Part shown: piece after piece, positions 38,211-51,600 of the stretch
Position numbering within the stretch: position 1 is the first letter of the stretch
Layout of the letters: every line of letters begins with the position of its first letter
NCBI GenBank assembly: GCA_001600815.1
Contig: BCKZ01000003.1
Span: 1,103,474-1,167,473 of the forward strand
Direction: 5' to 3'
Origin: Alloascoidea hylecoeti
Taxonomy: Eukaryota
Length of the DNA stretch: 64,000 bases
The notes under the pieces: model-generated
Database searches by the model: none
What the model was told of the DNA's origin: nothing
What the model saw: only the letters and a program-made list of their open reading frames with translations
Position numbers and translations under genes: made by a program

Positions 38211-38560
38211 GTCGACGTACTTCAGTAAGTATCTACCCCTACGTTTTAACATCCTGTATGGATAAAACACTCAGAACATTAATTTTGGCTAACAAATTCT
38301 ATAGTAGGATCATTTCTATAGTTTACGTCTCTCTTTGACTCTTCAAAAGAGCCATCGAATCCAACTTGGTTGATGATATATTTCCTTCATGCCCTAGAGT
38401 GAGAATTTTTTTTAGCTTGTCTAATCCTTTGTGGTTATGACATCTGAATTTTTCCTTTTTAGAACTTTGTTCTTCATAAAGGCGCGATGATCTCGGCCCT
38501 TTTCATGAGCCTTTTTGGAGGAGTTGATCTGGGTGGGTGTGAATGGTAGTCTGACAAGTT
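38211..38560 (+). ncRNA. SNR17: U3 snoRNA with spliceosomal intron (intron 38225-38304)
   Basis: GTCGACGTACTTCA|GTAAGT...GCTAAC...TAG|TAGGATCATTTCTATAG (boxes A'/A), CTCTTTGACTCTTCAAAAGAGCC, AACTTGGTTGATGA (C'), AGAGTGAG (B), GCGATGATCT (C), AGTCTGACAAGTT (D plus terminal stem). TATATAAA at 38171. Confidence 0.96.
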
Positions 38561-39135
38561 TCTTTAAATGGCTTAGAAGTTGTTTGGATTGAGATGTTTT
38601 TTAGCTTGTCTAATTTGGTATATATTTTTTATAATGAAAAATTGACTTTATTGGTGTTCGTATTTTGTGTGTTGCTGACTTTTGTAAGACTTCGATTTAA
38701 TTTACGTTTAATCAATAATTTAACAACGTTCGAACCCTATCCTGTAAATTAAGAGCTTGTATAATAATAAGCCTTATGGTGGTTATTTTACCATTAGTAA
38801 ATGTTGAGGGATTGATGTAATTCCTTCGTTACCATCGGGACTTGTTGAAGGTTTATCATTTTATGATTTGACAGCCTACAGACAGTGTTTTGCATTAATA
38901 TCGACCACCTGTTGAAATCTATGTTCGTCCATATCTAAGAAACTATTCGCCAATATGTTAAATAAATAATTCGGCCACATGATAATACTCTACAGATTCT
39001 TCACACTCTCTAGATTTCAAAATTTGAAAACTCTTTATATATTTCTATAATTATCATGCAGATAATAAAAACTATACGAATAATACTATATAACTTATAT
39101 TGAAGCTCTCGGTATAATGTTTAAATAAATATAAT

Positions 39136-40047
39136 TTAAACAAGAGGAAGAACGTTTTCCCTAAAATGCTCGGCTCCAACAAAATTACCAGGAAAATAAT
39201 AAGAGCAGATTGTATATTGACCAGAAACATCACCAGAAACATCATCAGAGCACGTTACATAAGCACATCCAAGTTGGGTTGTATCTTTCCAAATTACTTG
39301 GGTGAAATGACCAGTTTTCTCGGAGTAACCTGGATCAGAATAATTATAGTATTTATATTCACTGTACCATGCATCAGTAACAGTACTTGTGTTGAATCCA
39401 AAAGCAATATTTTCACCGTATTCACCACCTGAATGGACCAAATTTCCAGAGCAATCATACTTATCGGCGTATGCTTGGGCATATTGATATACAGTATCAT
39501 TCCAACCTAGGTTGGAAGTACCATGAAGAGCTCGTTTTTCATTATGAGCAGCAAGAATAGTTTTTGCGAAATTTTTATCCACGGAACCAGTAATTGCAGT
39601 TGATACGGCAGAGGTTGCAGCTGCAGTTGCAGTTGAAGAGGATGAGGTGGTTGCAGTATCACTAACAAGCCATTCTGAAGTCGACACTGCAGTCCAACCA
39701 GATGTCCAAACAGTTTCGAAGCTGCTCGCGGATAAGGGAATTTCAATAGTTGAGATAGTAACAACACTTTCGGAAGATGAAGTGGTTGAGGTTGTATCAG
39801 TAACGACATTAGCGGCAACCCCAGTATCAATATTGGCTTGAGCTTCAGAGCTTGCAATTGAGGTTATGTCTCCAGCATTATAAGTTTCAGTTACATAGAC
39901 GGTAGAAACACTTCGATGAACATTCGTTGAAGTCTGATAAACGACTTCAGTAACCAACACGGTAGTAGTGCTTGCATTGGTAAAAATTGGACCAGCCAAG
40001 ACAATTAAACCAGCAATTTTGGCAAGGTAAGGGTTAATTTGAACCAT
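39136..40047 (-). CDS. Secreted CAP/SCP (PRY-like) protein
   Basis: Signal peptide from ATG 40047, Ser/Thr linker, ILAAHNEKRALH, GEYGENIA, GHFTQVIWK, LGCA, CSYYFPGN. Confidence 0.92.
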   Translation of the reverse strand: MVQINPYLAKIAGLIVLAGPIFTNASTTTVLVTEVVYQTSTNVHRSVSTVYVTETYNAGDITSIASSEAQANIDTGVAANVVTDTTSTTSSSESVVTISTIEIPLSASSFETVWTSGWTAVSTSEWLVSDTATTSSSSTATAAATSAVSTAITGSVDKNFAKTILAAHNEKRALHGTSNLGWNDTVYQYAQAYADKYDCSGNLVHSGGEYGENIAFGFNTSTVTDAWYSEYKYYNYSDPGYSEKTGHFTQVIWKDTTQLGCAYVTCSDDVSGDVSGQYTICSYYFPGNFVGAEHFRENVLPLV

Positions 40048-41149
40048 TAGTTTAGTAAATTTAACGATTGATTTTTGGTAAAAGGAATTGAAGAGTAACA
40101 AAAAAAAGGGTAAAGTGTTTAAAGAGTGAACTGATATGAAGGAAGAATCTTATGATGGCGACTAAGAAATTGGACCTCTTTTATACCAAACGTTAGCGTT
40201 ATATTTTTTATTATTGGGGGTTTGGTGTGTATGCTACGATCAGCTGCGATGTGCCTGAGATGATTACCGTGTTTATACAGGCATATGTATTTAGGGTTTC
40301 AGATACTGAATAATCTAAAATTAATATTAAAAGTTGAAAGAGGTTCAATTTCAACAGACCAGTAATGTAATCGAGGATATAAATTTTCCCTGTGGTTGCT
40401 TGTTTGAGGTCCAGATTCATGGATACTACATTCACTACAGGAACAATCTCCCACTTCGACATTTGTATGGAGAGTGTAATTTGAGCCTTACTACGATACA
40501 TTCCAAACTTGTGAGAGCAATTGACTTATAATATAGGAGCAAAACTATAACAGATCGAGAGCAGTTGAGTTTGAACTTCAAGTAATTATATGTAAGTAGC
40601 TGGTCACAATAGTGAATAACAGTCCTGTCGTGACAGTGTCGTTTTTCAAAACAGAAGGTGCATATAGAGATAGTACAACTGCATCAATGCAGAATATCCA
40701 CACGTAATAAAATGGGAAGGAGTACAGTGCACAACTCATTCGAGAGGCAACACACCTGAAAAGAGTTGGGATTCTTTTCTATATAGCCAATTACAACGAC
40801 CGGAGGTATAAAAGACCTCTAAGGTCTTGGCAATCAAGTAATTTCATCTTTTTATGCTGCTACAAAATTTCAAGCTTCATGTAACAAAAGCTTATTTGCA
40901 TAATATATTATACGTATACGGTTTAAATTCTAATTTTCCTATGTCATCTTATACTAAGTTTGCGATATTATTTTAAATTGCTTTATTGAACCTTGGTTAT
41001 CGTTGGTCGTCTTAAATTTGTTTATATTTCAAGTATTAATATATTTAGCTAGTCTTAAGGGTTCAGAAAGTATCTAGAGATAATAATAAATTAAACCAAA
41101 GCTTAAGAGCTGGAAATTTGTTTAATATCACCAATTGCGATGATTTGTT

Positions 41150-41590
41150 AAACATTCTTTGTAATTAAATATTTATTCCCAACACATCCATATAAGATAG
41201 ACATATTAAAACCGCGTGGACCAAGGTAACCTCATAGACCAGAAAGAGCTTTACGCACCAAAATCAGATCACCGGCCGAAAAAATTTATATCTGCAATGA
41301 TTTATGCGAGGATAAAAGGATTGAATTCTTCTAATATCGTATGGGTGTTCAAGAAGATTGGAGTTTGGCCGTTTAATCTGAGAACAGTACCGAAATCTGT
41401 TTCTATTGATACACGATCGCAGGGTATAAGAAGAAACTCTCCAACTTTGAATTAGAAGCAACGGAAAGCATAGAAAATTATCACAAAAATACATTAGGAT
41501 GATTAGTTTATTTATACAAATTATTTAGTTAATTCATATTTTTGGTGATGTTGGTAGTTAATTAGACTTGTTCTGGTGTGCGATTACTAT
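41150..41590 (+). mobile_element. Decayed pogo/Fot1 3' fragment with a possible TIR-like end
   Basis: KKFISAMIYARIKGLNSSNIVWVFKKIGVWPFN is the DDE_1 C-terminal motif. The segment ends ..gtgtgcgattacta, reminiscent of Fot1-type ends (ACGTAATC reversed). Confidence 0.55.
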
Positions 41591-42749
41591 CTCTATCCTT
41601 ATAGTAACAGCAGCAGTGTAATATGTACCATACTTGAGCTTCATTCATAGCTTAGAAATGTCTTCTCAGCTGGTTCAATATACATGTATAATGACTTGCA
41701 ATAATTTATAATGTAACTTGAATGTAATATTTTTATCTTGAATTCAATATGAAGTAAATAATAGTGCACGCAGGACTAATCATATATTAATCGGGTAGTT
41801 TCATATAGCTAGTAAACCTTGATCTACTATCTTTAGCTCTTCGAAATCAAGTTCCCCTTATAATCTATCAATAAAGAATGTGCTTTAAAGTATAAGTGAG
41901 TTCAATAATGAAGCAACCCAAAAATTGCAAACCATTATGATGATCTATATGTATTCCAAATGGCAGAGTTTCCCCACAATATTCCTCAAAGAATCCCTGT
42001 CAGACTCTTTCAATTGCAAGAAATCTGGTAAGTTTTAATCTGAATCATTTAATCTAATTCCTTTAAAAAATTGGAATCTGATTTGTTCTATAATTATAAG
42101 TATATTTCTATAATTTTAAATAGAGAAGGGGATCAACAATATATCAGTCTCTCCAAGGTTCCAACCTGCAGCGATTATTTACAAAGAGTTCTAAGATCAT
42201 TTTCTATTTTCATAGTTAAATGCAATATTATTTATTTTTATCTACCGATTAGGTAACAGATATATTGTAATTGCGAGTTCGATATAAATAAAAAAAATAA
42301 TATCATAATAGTATTTGAATTCAACATTAACTTAATTATCAATAAAAGTTATTTGCTCTTCCACTCTCAATAATGGTACCAGTGCAAAAAAAATGAGCTC
42401 GGCCATCACGGGCGTAAAACTAATAAATCTACTCTTATGCAAATCTCAGCAAATAGATGAGGGAGCAATTTTTTTTTTCACGGAATAGGGTTTTTACACA
42501 CTCAAACGCAAGTGTTAAGTTCTTATTCTCATCTTCAGGCTAAGGTATTAAATATCGTTATATATTTTCAACTAATTCTCATTATATTTCATGATACTTT
42601 ATAATTAAGGTATTTGGTAGAATTGTTACAATATACCATATATATTTTTATATAATATTACTTTTTCATAACTATGCTTATGATCATACTTATATTGTAT
42701 ATTAAACATCACTTATAAGGAAATAAAGAGGTTTATAGAAGCGAATCAA

Positions 42750-44276
42750 TCAATAAGCATATCTAAATCTTGGGTGTAAATCTCCTGAGAGCTTTTTCCT
42801 TCTATCATCCCAAGCTTCAAATTTTGCTAGATAATTTATTGAATTTTTACCAGATTTTTTCTTATTTTGAAGCATTATATAAATAAAATATAATAAAGCA
42901 AAAAACATTGAAAATATAGTGAAAGCAAAACATAATGAATAACCTGTTTTATATTTAGGAGCCTCTTCTGTTATAAAAGCATAAGATGCAACAATACCTC
43001 CAATATTACCAAAACCAACTTGCCAAGCAGTACCAACACTTTTTCGTAAATGTCCTGCAAAATTCATACTAGTCCAACAAATTAAAACAGGCATCATTGT
43101 ATAGAGCCCACAAGTTATTAGAAAACAACCACCATATCTAACATTATTATTGTTATCTGCATAAACAAGTGCAAGGCCAGTAATTGAAATTAATCCAGTA
43201 AACAATAGAAAAGGAATTCTTCTATCAAAATAGTCAACAACATACGCGTAAAGCATACAAAATATAAATGCAGCTATCCATGGATAAACAGATAAAAGCT
43301 GAGTTTGAACAGCATCATGACCAAAAGATTTAACAATAGTTGGAGCAAAATAGGCATAACAATATGCGGGTATAATTGTACCAAAATATGACAAAGCAGG
43401 GAGCCAAATTAAGGGGTCCTTAAAGCAGGATAAAATTTCCTTAAATGTAAAATTTGTGTCAAATTCAGATTCACCAGCCTCAAGTGCTAACTTTTCTTTT
43501 AAAAATTGTTTTTCATTATGATTTAAAAACTTTGCTTCTTCAGGAAAATCAGGTAATACAAAATACAACAGAATTCCACAGCCCATTGTTATTGAACCTT
43601 CAATTATAAAAATATATCTCCAACCAGATAGACCATGTTTACCATCCAAATTATGGATACCATAAGCAATCAAACCACCAAAGGCACCAGCAAAACAAGT
43701 AGATGAAAAGAAAAATGAATATCTTTTTTGAGCTTCACATCTTCTATAATACATTGCTAATAAATAAAATACCCCTGGAAATGTACCACTCTCAAATACA
43801 CCTAATAAAACACGACAAGCAGCGAAACCCCCAAAACTTTTAACAAATCCAACACCAATCGTCACTGCCCCAAAACAAAATATGCAAATACTTAACCAAA
43901 CATGTGGTCTAAATCTCTTCAAAAGATAATTTGATATTATTTCGAAAATAATATAGGGAGCGAAAAAAACAGTAAGTGCCGTATTAAATTGATCACCTTC
44001 TAAATTCAAATCCTCAGATAATCCATAAACCTTTGCATTTGAAACATTAGTTCTATCCAAGAAAGAAAGCAAATATAATAAACAAACTGGAGGAATAAGA
44101 CATAAATCAATTTTCCACATCAATTTCCTTTGATTTATATCATATTTAACTGCCAATCGATTAATTTGTTCTTCTATTGATTCATTGGGGATTTCAATGT
44201 ATTGGTTGGGGTCATCAAAACTTGAAGACTTTTCAAAGGATTTGAGATCTTGTTCATTTGATAGTTTTTCAGTCAT
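42750..44276 (-). CDS. MFS anion:cation symporter family permease (Tna1/Dal5-like)
   Basis: KIDLCLIP..LSFLDRTNVSNAK, RVLLGVFESG, GLSGWRYIFIIEG, LPDFPEEAKFL, GFGNIGG, and C-terminal GDLHPRFRY. Confidence 0.9.
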   Translation of the reverse strand: MTEKLSNEQDLKSFEKSSSFDDPNQYIEIPNESIEEQINRLAVKYDINQRKLMWKIDLCLIPPVCLLYLLSFLDRTNVSNAKVYGLSEDLNLEGDQFNTALTVFFAPYIIFEIISNYLLKRFRPHVWLSICIFCFGAVTIGVGFVKSFGGFAACRVLLGVFESGTFPGVFYLLAMYYRRCEAQKRYSFFFSSTCFAGAFGGLIAYGIHNLDGKHGLSGWRYIFIIEGSITMGCGILLYFVLPDFPEEAKFLNHNEKQFLKEKLALEAGESEFDTNFTFKEILSCFKDPLIWLPALSYFGTIIPAYCYAYFAPTIVKSFGHDAVQTQLLSVYPWIAAFIFCMLYAYVVDYFDRRIPFLLFTGLISITGLALVYADNNNNVRYGGCFLITCGLYTMMPVLICWTSMNFAGHLRKSVGTAWQVGFGNIGGIVASYAFITEEAPKYKTGYSLCFAFTIFSMFFALLYFIYIMLQNKKKSGKNSINYLAKFEAWDDRRKKLSGDLHPRFRYAY

Positions 44277-45513
44277 TTTATGCTATCCATTTAAAATGTT
44301 GAAAAATAAAGAAAAAAGGAGTATTCCTTGAAATAAAAGAAATTCAAAATAGTAAATAAAAAAATATATATAATCCAAACCCGATCCGATGATAATATTT
44401 AATTTAATAAATTTCAATATTCAAAGCATAATTTTTAGGCTAAAATATCATTCAGAATTATCTGCTATAGTTGGATTATCTGGATACCGAAATAGAGATG
44501 GTTGAACTAGATCCAGACCTTAACTAAACTTTATAGCTCTTAGCTAGTACCTTCAGGCCGGTTTGAATATCGAAAAATAGGTTTAATATTTTATACACAT
44601 TTTTTAATGTTGTATGACATTTGCATAAAAAAATGCATTTCCCCCACAGATAGATCGACATATGGCAAAAGAGGGTCCAATTGAAATTGCCGTGTATTAT
44701 CATTATAGCCCTCTCCGGTAATGCTTCCGGCCCGTGACTGACATATACAGTGAATATTATCATGCTTATTATGCTAGAAGAGAAGTGAAAACTTTTCATA
44801 ACTTTTATAATACTTTGTAACTTATAATAATATCTTTGTAATTATGAGACTTGTGTGTCGATGAAACTTTGCGCTTTACTCAGAGAGCCATAGACCAGCT
44901 AGTTATAGGGTATAAACATTACCAGTTCTGAACTATCTCTCGTGATCAAGTCCTGCTAGTAAATAGGCCATTGGGGTATAACATCTGAAATCGTGTACAA
45001 TTTAAGGTAAAGAAATTAAGGGAAATACCTGATTTTATATATGCAAACCATTCCACCAATAACCGAATCTGTACACGTGAGTGTGGCTATCGGTGGATAA
45101 AACAGTTCATGATTTGTTAATATTATGGCGAAAAAGACTTATCAGATCTTAACAAAGGCTGTTCTTATCGTAATTTTAATCCACTAGCCTAACGGGATAA
45201 AGCCCGATCAGGAACTAGTTTCTTATAAGCACAACAACATCTGAATATTGTATAAAGTTGATGTCTCCTTTCTCTTGAAAATGGCTTTACCTAAATGCAT
45301 TTAGGGTGAATAGTGTAGCACAGTGTGATTTTATCACTGACATACATGCACTTTTAACGAATTATACTTTTCTTTATTTTTTATAATGATATTAAACTCT
45401 ACAACTACAGAATAATGTTAATTACGACAATTGCAAATAATCACGAGATTGCAATTGTAGTAAATATTATAACTAATACTATACCTAGCTAGATTCATCT
45501 ATAAATCATAAAG

Positions 45514-47994
45514 TCATTTCCTTTCTGAAAGCCATTCATTAGCATCAGTAAATTGTTTAACAGTGGCTGCTTTAATTAATCCTTCTTTCCCTGCAAAATT
45601 AATAATATCAGTTATAATATTAAAGAATTGAAAACTTCTCTCTAAATATGTTAAAGCTTGAGGAGATCCAATACTATTATTTTCTGCAACTCTTTCCTTT
45701 GATAAACGAATAACATTCTTGAAAGCATCGGATGATAAATTGGTTGTTGATGATTTTTCTAGTTCAATATTAGATAATACAACAGTTTCTTCTAAATAGT
45801 TATGAATAACAATTGCCATTACGGTGTTTGGAGCTACATCAGCAAATGGAATCTTGGTAGCAAGGTTACTCCAGTCATTATTAGTACGGTCTAATCTGTT
45901 GACCTCTTCATTGGCAAGTAATGAAACAGTACTTGCTTCAATTAAATTTCTTAAAGTAGATCGTAATAACTCAATAAATGATCGGAATGCAAGTAATGAT
46001 TGATTCAAAGGTCCATAATAATTAACAGGTTTCTGTTTTAGAGATAAGAAACCACCAAATCTAGAAATTAAAGTAACATATTCTTTTTCTTTTGTTGTAC
46101 CCTTCTGTGGTTCACCTGGATATTTTGGAGTTAATGGTTGATCTAATTTTGGAATAGCATTATCTTTCAATAAACTAACAGCGAGAATTATTGGTTCAAT
46201 AAATGATTTATCCTTTTCTGATACTAAATTAAGGCCATGTGCTAATACTTTACCCCATGGTGTTAGTTTATGATCATTATTATTCACAAATCCATAAAGA
46301 TCAAAAGCACGTAATAATGCTGTATTAAGAATTTCTTCATCTGTTTGTAACAATGGTGGTCTGGCAGCAGGACTAACAGGTTTCGTTGAAATTGTCTTTT
46401 TTCTAAAATCATCATCTTTTTCGAGTTTTGAAATGAGACCAGGTAATCCTTCTAAAATTGGTAGATTGTTTAATAAAATATTATCACGTATAACCCAAGA
46501 TCGTACTTTACTATAAACCGTTGGTGTAACTCTATGAATCAATTCAGTTTCTTGTCTTGGATCATACCAAGCTGATTGATGAATTTTTTTGACTTGATAA
46601 TATCGTGCTAAGAACTCTGTTATTAAACTAAGAGATTTTTCTCTAATTTGATTTAATGATTTTAAATATTTCTTATAATCATCACTTCTACCACCATCTA
46701 AAGGAGCTTTATCAAGATATTTACCAGTTGTGATTGCTTCTAATAAATGTGTGTCGATAATTCCTCGAGATAGGTAAAAGTATAACTCATGTGGTAATCT
46801 TTGACCGATAAATGTGTGTGTATCATTTGGAAGCTTTACCTTTGGATCGTTAGGTGGTTCTTCACTATTACTACCATTAGTTGTGGTAGCTGGAGATGCA
46901 ACTGAAGTTGAAGAAGGAGGCTTACTCCCTCCTGGAACAGTAAAAGTTTCTGTTTCTTCTTCTGCTGAAAGTTCTACTCTACCATTTTCTTTTAACACTG
47001 GTACAAATTCAATTGATGAAAACGCCTGTCTATACTTATCAGCATATGTTGTATCGTTCGAAGATAAAATAGTACCATAAATATTACCACCAGAAAATAT
47101 TATATCCTGTGCACTCTTAATTGGATATGAATATCCATTCTGTTCCAATAATGGGAAAGTAGTATTAATAAAATCAAATCCTGATGCAACAGCAGCTTCA
47201 TTAAATTGTTCTTGGTTAAATCCCAAATCATTAAAAAGGTGTCGTTTAGTTAACCATTTAAAAACATGATCAGGAAAATCAAGATATACAATAATTCTAT
47301 CAACATCAAGTAAAAGTAATTCAGATGGTCCATAAATAGCATCAACATAACTCTCCTTATGGTTATAAAGGTATGCCAATTGTGCCCATGAGCTATAAGG
47401 AGCTATCATATACTCCACATTGTTAGATGTTAAAAACCTGATCAAGGCTGGAATATAATCACGAGAAGTCACTGATTCACGATCCCTAAATGTATCTGGA
47501 CCATAACCAGTATGGCGTTCAGAAGCGTAATAAGATTCCCAAGTTCTTTCTCTCCATTGCACAGCCTGATCCTGTTCAGCTAATGGTTTATTTTGAGAGG
47601 CTACCTTCAATCCAGGAAATACAAAAACAGGAGTGATTGCATGATGGCTAAGTGCAGCCAAATCAGACTCAATTAGCGTAATCAAACTAAGAGGTATACC
47701 ACCAGTTGCGTCAAGGTAAGGTTCTTTCTTAGCACTAAGAAGGCGTGAGAAGTAGTATTCAACATCGATACCAAGACGGGCACCTTTTAAAACCTCGAAT
47801 GATAGAGAGCGAAGGAGATTTTTTTCACTGAGATAATGATCCAACGATTTAACTAGGTGGAGAAAATGGGAATGTTAGGTAAAGTTGAAATTTGATGTAA
47901 TATCAAATGAAATGAAGAATCGTTCTTTAAAACAGAATGAAAAAAAATTGCGTTCCTAGTTGATATCTTGAGATATATACTACATACTTGCCAT
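45514..47994 (-). CDS. MKT1: Mkt1 (XPG-like PIN domain with MKT1_N/C); exons 47994-47988 and 47852-45514
   Basis: Spliced start MAIKSLDHYL via GTATGT..CCTAAC..TAG; LGIDVEYY, PVFVFPGL, YMIAPYSSWAQLAYL, IGQRLPHELYFYLSRG. Confidence 0.92.
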
Positions 47995-48621
47995 TATTGT
48001 AGAAAAGGTCAAATGTTAACAATTGTGTATATTAATATTTTACTTTTGCGAACCAAGACTGGAAGGAGGAGCACTTTTGATGTTGACAGAATGCCCATAC
48101 ACACGACGTTGTGTGATATATGCTAACTTTCTACACCTGTTCTCCACTTACAATCAACTTTCTTATAAATTTTAAATAAATATATCGGCTCATCCCAATC
48201 TTTCTTATATCCCATTTTAAAAAAAAGTGATTGAACTTTTGGGAATTCCTCCTTTTAACCGAGCATTTTTGCAAAATCTCTTATTTGTGGGTCTGGGTGG
48301 TTTTAGACTCAACCCCGGGTAAAAGTATACAAAACTTCCGGAACATGTGTGTAATATCTTATCTGTAAGTCTTAGGATTAAAGATGGGAAATATTACTGC
48401 GTTATAATATTAATGATATTTTAATCAGACTAGTACTTCATTGTATTTAGTTAAAAGTCAGCTTTTAGGCCTTACATCCATATGATACAACATCAACTTA
48501 CAATTGCGATCGAAGTTTACAATCTGGTATAATTTCAACTAAATCTCAATTACTTCTTAAGGTTGATAATAACCTCCGGTTTACAATTTTTAGTTGTTTT
48601 AAAATATTAATACATATGAAA

Positions 48622-51600
48622 CTAAGTCCTATGACTAAATACAAAAAAGTTCTTAATTGTCTCAATTTTCTTTAATCTTTTTAATGATTTGATTTCCTTC
48701 TTTACTCTCAATGTATCAGGTTTTCTTTCTCCTAAGAGACTTTCGTATCCTTTACATGATTCATCTAACAAAATCACGGCTTTGGTATATTGTCCTAAAC
48801 GACTATAGACAACCCCTAGTCTTTCTTTTATTTTAAAGATATCAAGTAGGTTTTCGGTCAATTTATCTGCATACCCTGTAATCACCCCTTCCAATAATTG
48901 TTTGGCCTCCTTATATCTTCGTTGGTGAACATATACCCCAGCAATATGATAGTTGATTGTTAAGGGTAGAATAAATTGGTTCACCTTAAACCGATTGCAT
49001 CTCATCAGTGCACTTTTATAATGTTTCAAGGCTTCATCATAATCTTTAACTTTATCAAATGCCATACCCATATTATCTATGACGGAAACTGTATTGGGAT
49101 GATTTGGTCCAAATAGTTCCTCATATCCTTTCACAGATTTTTGAAAATATTCCATTGCTCTCTTTGGTTGCTTCAATTCTGTATAAACTAGTCCAATTCC
49201 ACTCAATGAATCCAACTTTGCAGAATTCTTATAACCTAAGCTATCAAATCCTTCTAAACTACGTTCCAAAAACTTTTTAGCGGTGTCATAATCGCCTCGT
49301 CTCCAGTATGTAAATCCAATATCTTTTATAATTCTTAATGTAGTTGGATGTTTATCCCCTAAATATTTCTCTCTATTAGTAAGTGCTTGTTTCAGGCTTT
49401 TGAGGGCTGAGTTATATTCACTTTGCTTTAAGTATGCTTGCCCTATATTTTCAAAAATTGTCGAAACATTCGGAAGTCTAGAGCTTGTAGAATCTTCATA
49501 ACCATCAAGAGCCTCTGTGAATAGTTTGAGCGCCTTTCGGGTATGCCCCATTTCATTGTATAAAGTCCCCAGAGTTATTAATGCAGCCAAAGTATTTGGA
49601 TGTGTTTTGTTAAATAATCGATTAAACTCATAATGGGCTCTTTTAAGAAGCTCTTCTGCTCTCATATATTCGGATCTAATGAGATATATTTTTCCAATGT
49701 TTAACATTGCAAATGCTAAATCCGTACTTTGTGGAATATTTTCAAGCCCCTTTAATGCACGCTGTAACATAATCATTGCTTTATCAAATTCTTCTAAACG
49801 ATGGTAGCTTATCCCAGCTACCAATACACAATGAAGAGTCTTTGTATGAGTTTCACCCAATGAATCTTCATAACCATTAATCGCTTGTAATGATAATTCT
49901 AATGACCTTTTATAATCTCCAAGACTTTGATAAATTGATCCAAGATCTCCAATAATTTTTAAAACCTTTGGATGACCATCACCAAAAATCTTTTTTTGAT
50001 ATGTTAATGTTTTCTCTAATCGAGTTTTAGCTTCTTCATATTCTCCAAGTCTCCATTCTAACATTCCTAAACACTCAATGGCTTTTAAAGTAGCTGGGTG
50101 CTCTTCTCCATATAATTCTTCAAACATGGAATTTGCTTTTATTAATAATGTATATGATTTTTTATATTCCCCTAATATTATATAAAGTTCACCTAAACTT
50201 AATAAAGTGTCAATAGTATCAGGGTTATCATCTCCAGAAACCAATCTATAACTCTCAAGAGATTCTGTTAATAACGTCATGGCATCCTTGTAATTCCCAA
50301 TATCTTTATAAAGAAGTCCGAGAGTTTTCCTATCTGTTATTGTTTCTAGATGAGAATCACCCAAGTGTAAAGTCGATCTTGCAACAACATCTTGAAGAAG
50401 CATTAAAGATTGCTCGTAATTCCCAAGATTTTTATATAAAGATCCTAAATATCGTTGAACTGCAAGAGATGCTGGATCATGTATACCAGAGTTATGTTCG
50501 CGTCCTTTTAATGCTTTTTTGTATAACTCGAGTGCTTCGGTATACCTTCCAAGGAAGTAGTACGATGATGCAAGCCCTTCCTCTGCTTTTATTGTATTAA
50601 TATTATTCGTTTCATATTCATAAATTATTCTATAACGGTTCAACAGTTTTTCGAAGATTATTGAAGCCTGATGATACAAGCACAGTTGTGCCAAGCAAGT
50701 AGCTATTTTTCCAAGTCCATGTAATAATTCCTCATCCCAAGTCTCTGAAAATATTTCGTCAGCGACTTTTAAAACAGCCACTATGTGTGGATATATACTG
50801 ATCCAGTATCTTCTTTCGGTGGTGGGATCACCTGTTGATAAAATTTCAGAAATAATCATCACTGCTATTCTTCCATACAATAACGTTTGCGTTTCATCTA
50901 ATCGTGACCTAATCCATCTATGAATAACCGGATGTACCATTAGTATTAGGGTTTTATCTTCGGAATTGCTGGTAATATAAGCTAATGAATATATTTGCAA
51001 TTCATGGACTGCATTATCGTATAAGCTTTCATCTTCTAACCATCCAATAAACTTGCCACCATGTTTTTGAACTAGTGGCTTTGTGATATTGAGGTTATGA
51101 AAGAATGAAAATAAATTTAAAACATGCCAAGCGTTTGCAGATAAGCTTTTATATGGAACCAAAAATGTTAAATCAATGGCATCTTTTTGACCGATTAAAT
51201 TTTTTTGGAAAAGAAATTGATCATCTTGTTCTAGTTTTTCCTTATATTTAGTAAATGAACTCAGATTCGCAGAAATATTAGCACCAACAATTTCTAAAGC
51301 CATTGGATAATTATTCAGCATTTGAGAGATACCTTTTGCTGCACTTAATTCATCAGCGCTTAAATCAGATTTCATTTGATCAGAAGCTTTTAATAATAAT
51401 TCAACACCAGTATCAATTCCTGGATCATCAACTTTTATACAAGTGCCAATACTCCTGGCAAAAAAATTACTACCTTTAGATCTAGAGGTTATGATCACTT
51501 TACCCCAGTCACAACTGGGGAATCGAAATGTCTCTTTTAATGTTTTATAGTTAAAGTTCGGATCGTTCATATTATCAACAATAATAAGCCAATTCTTATT

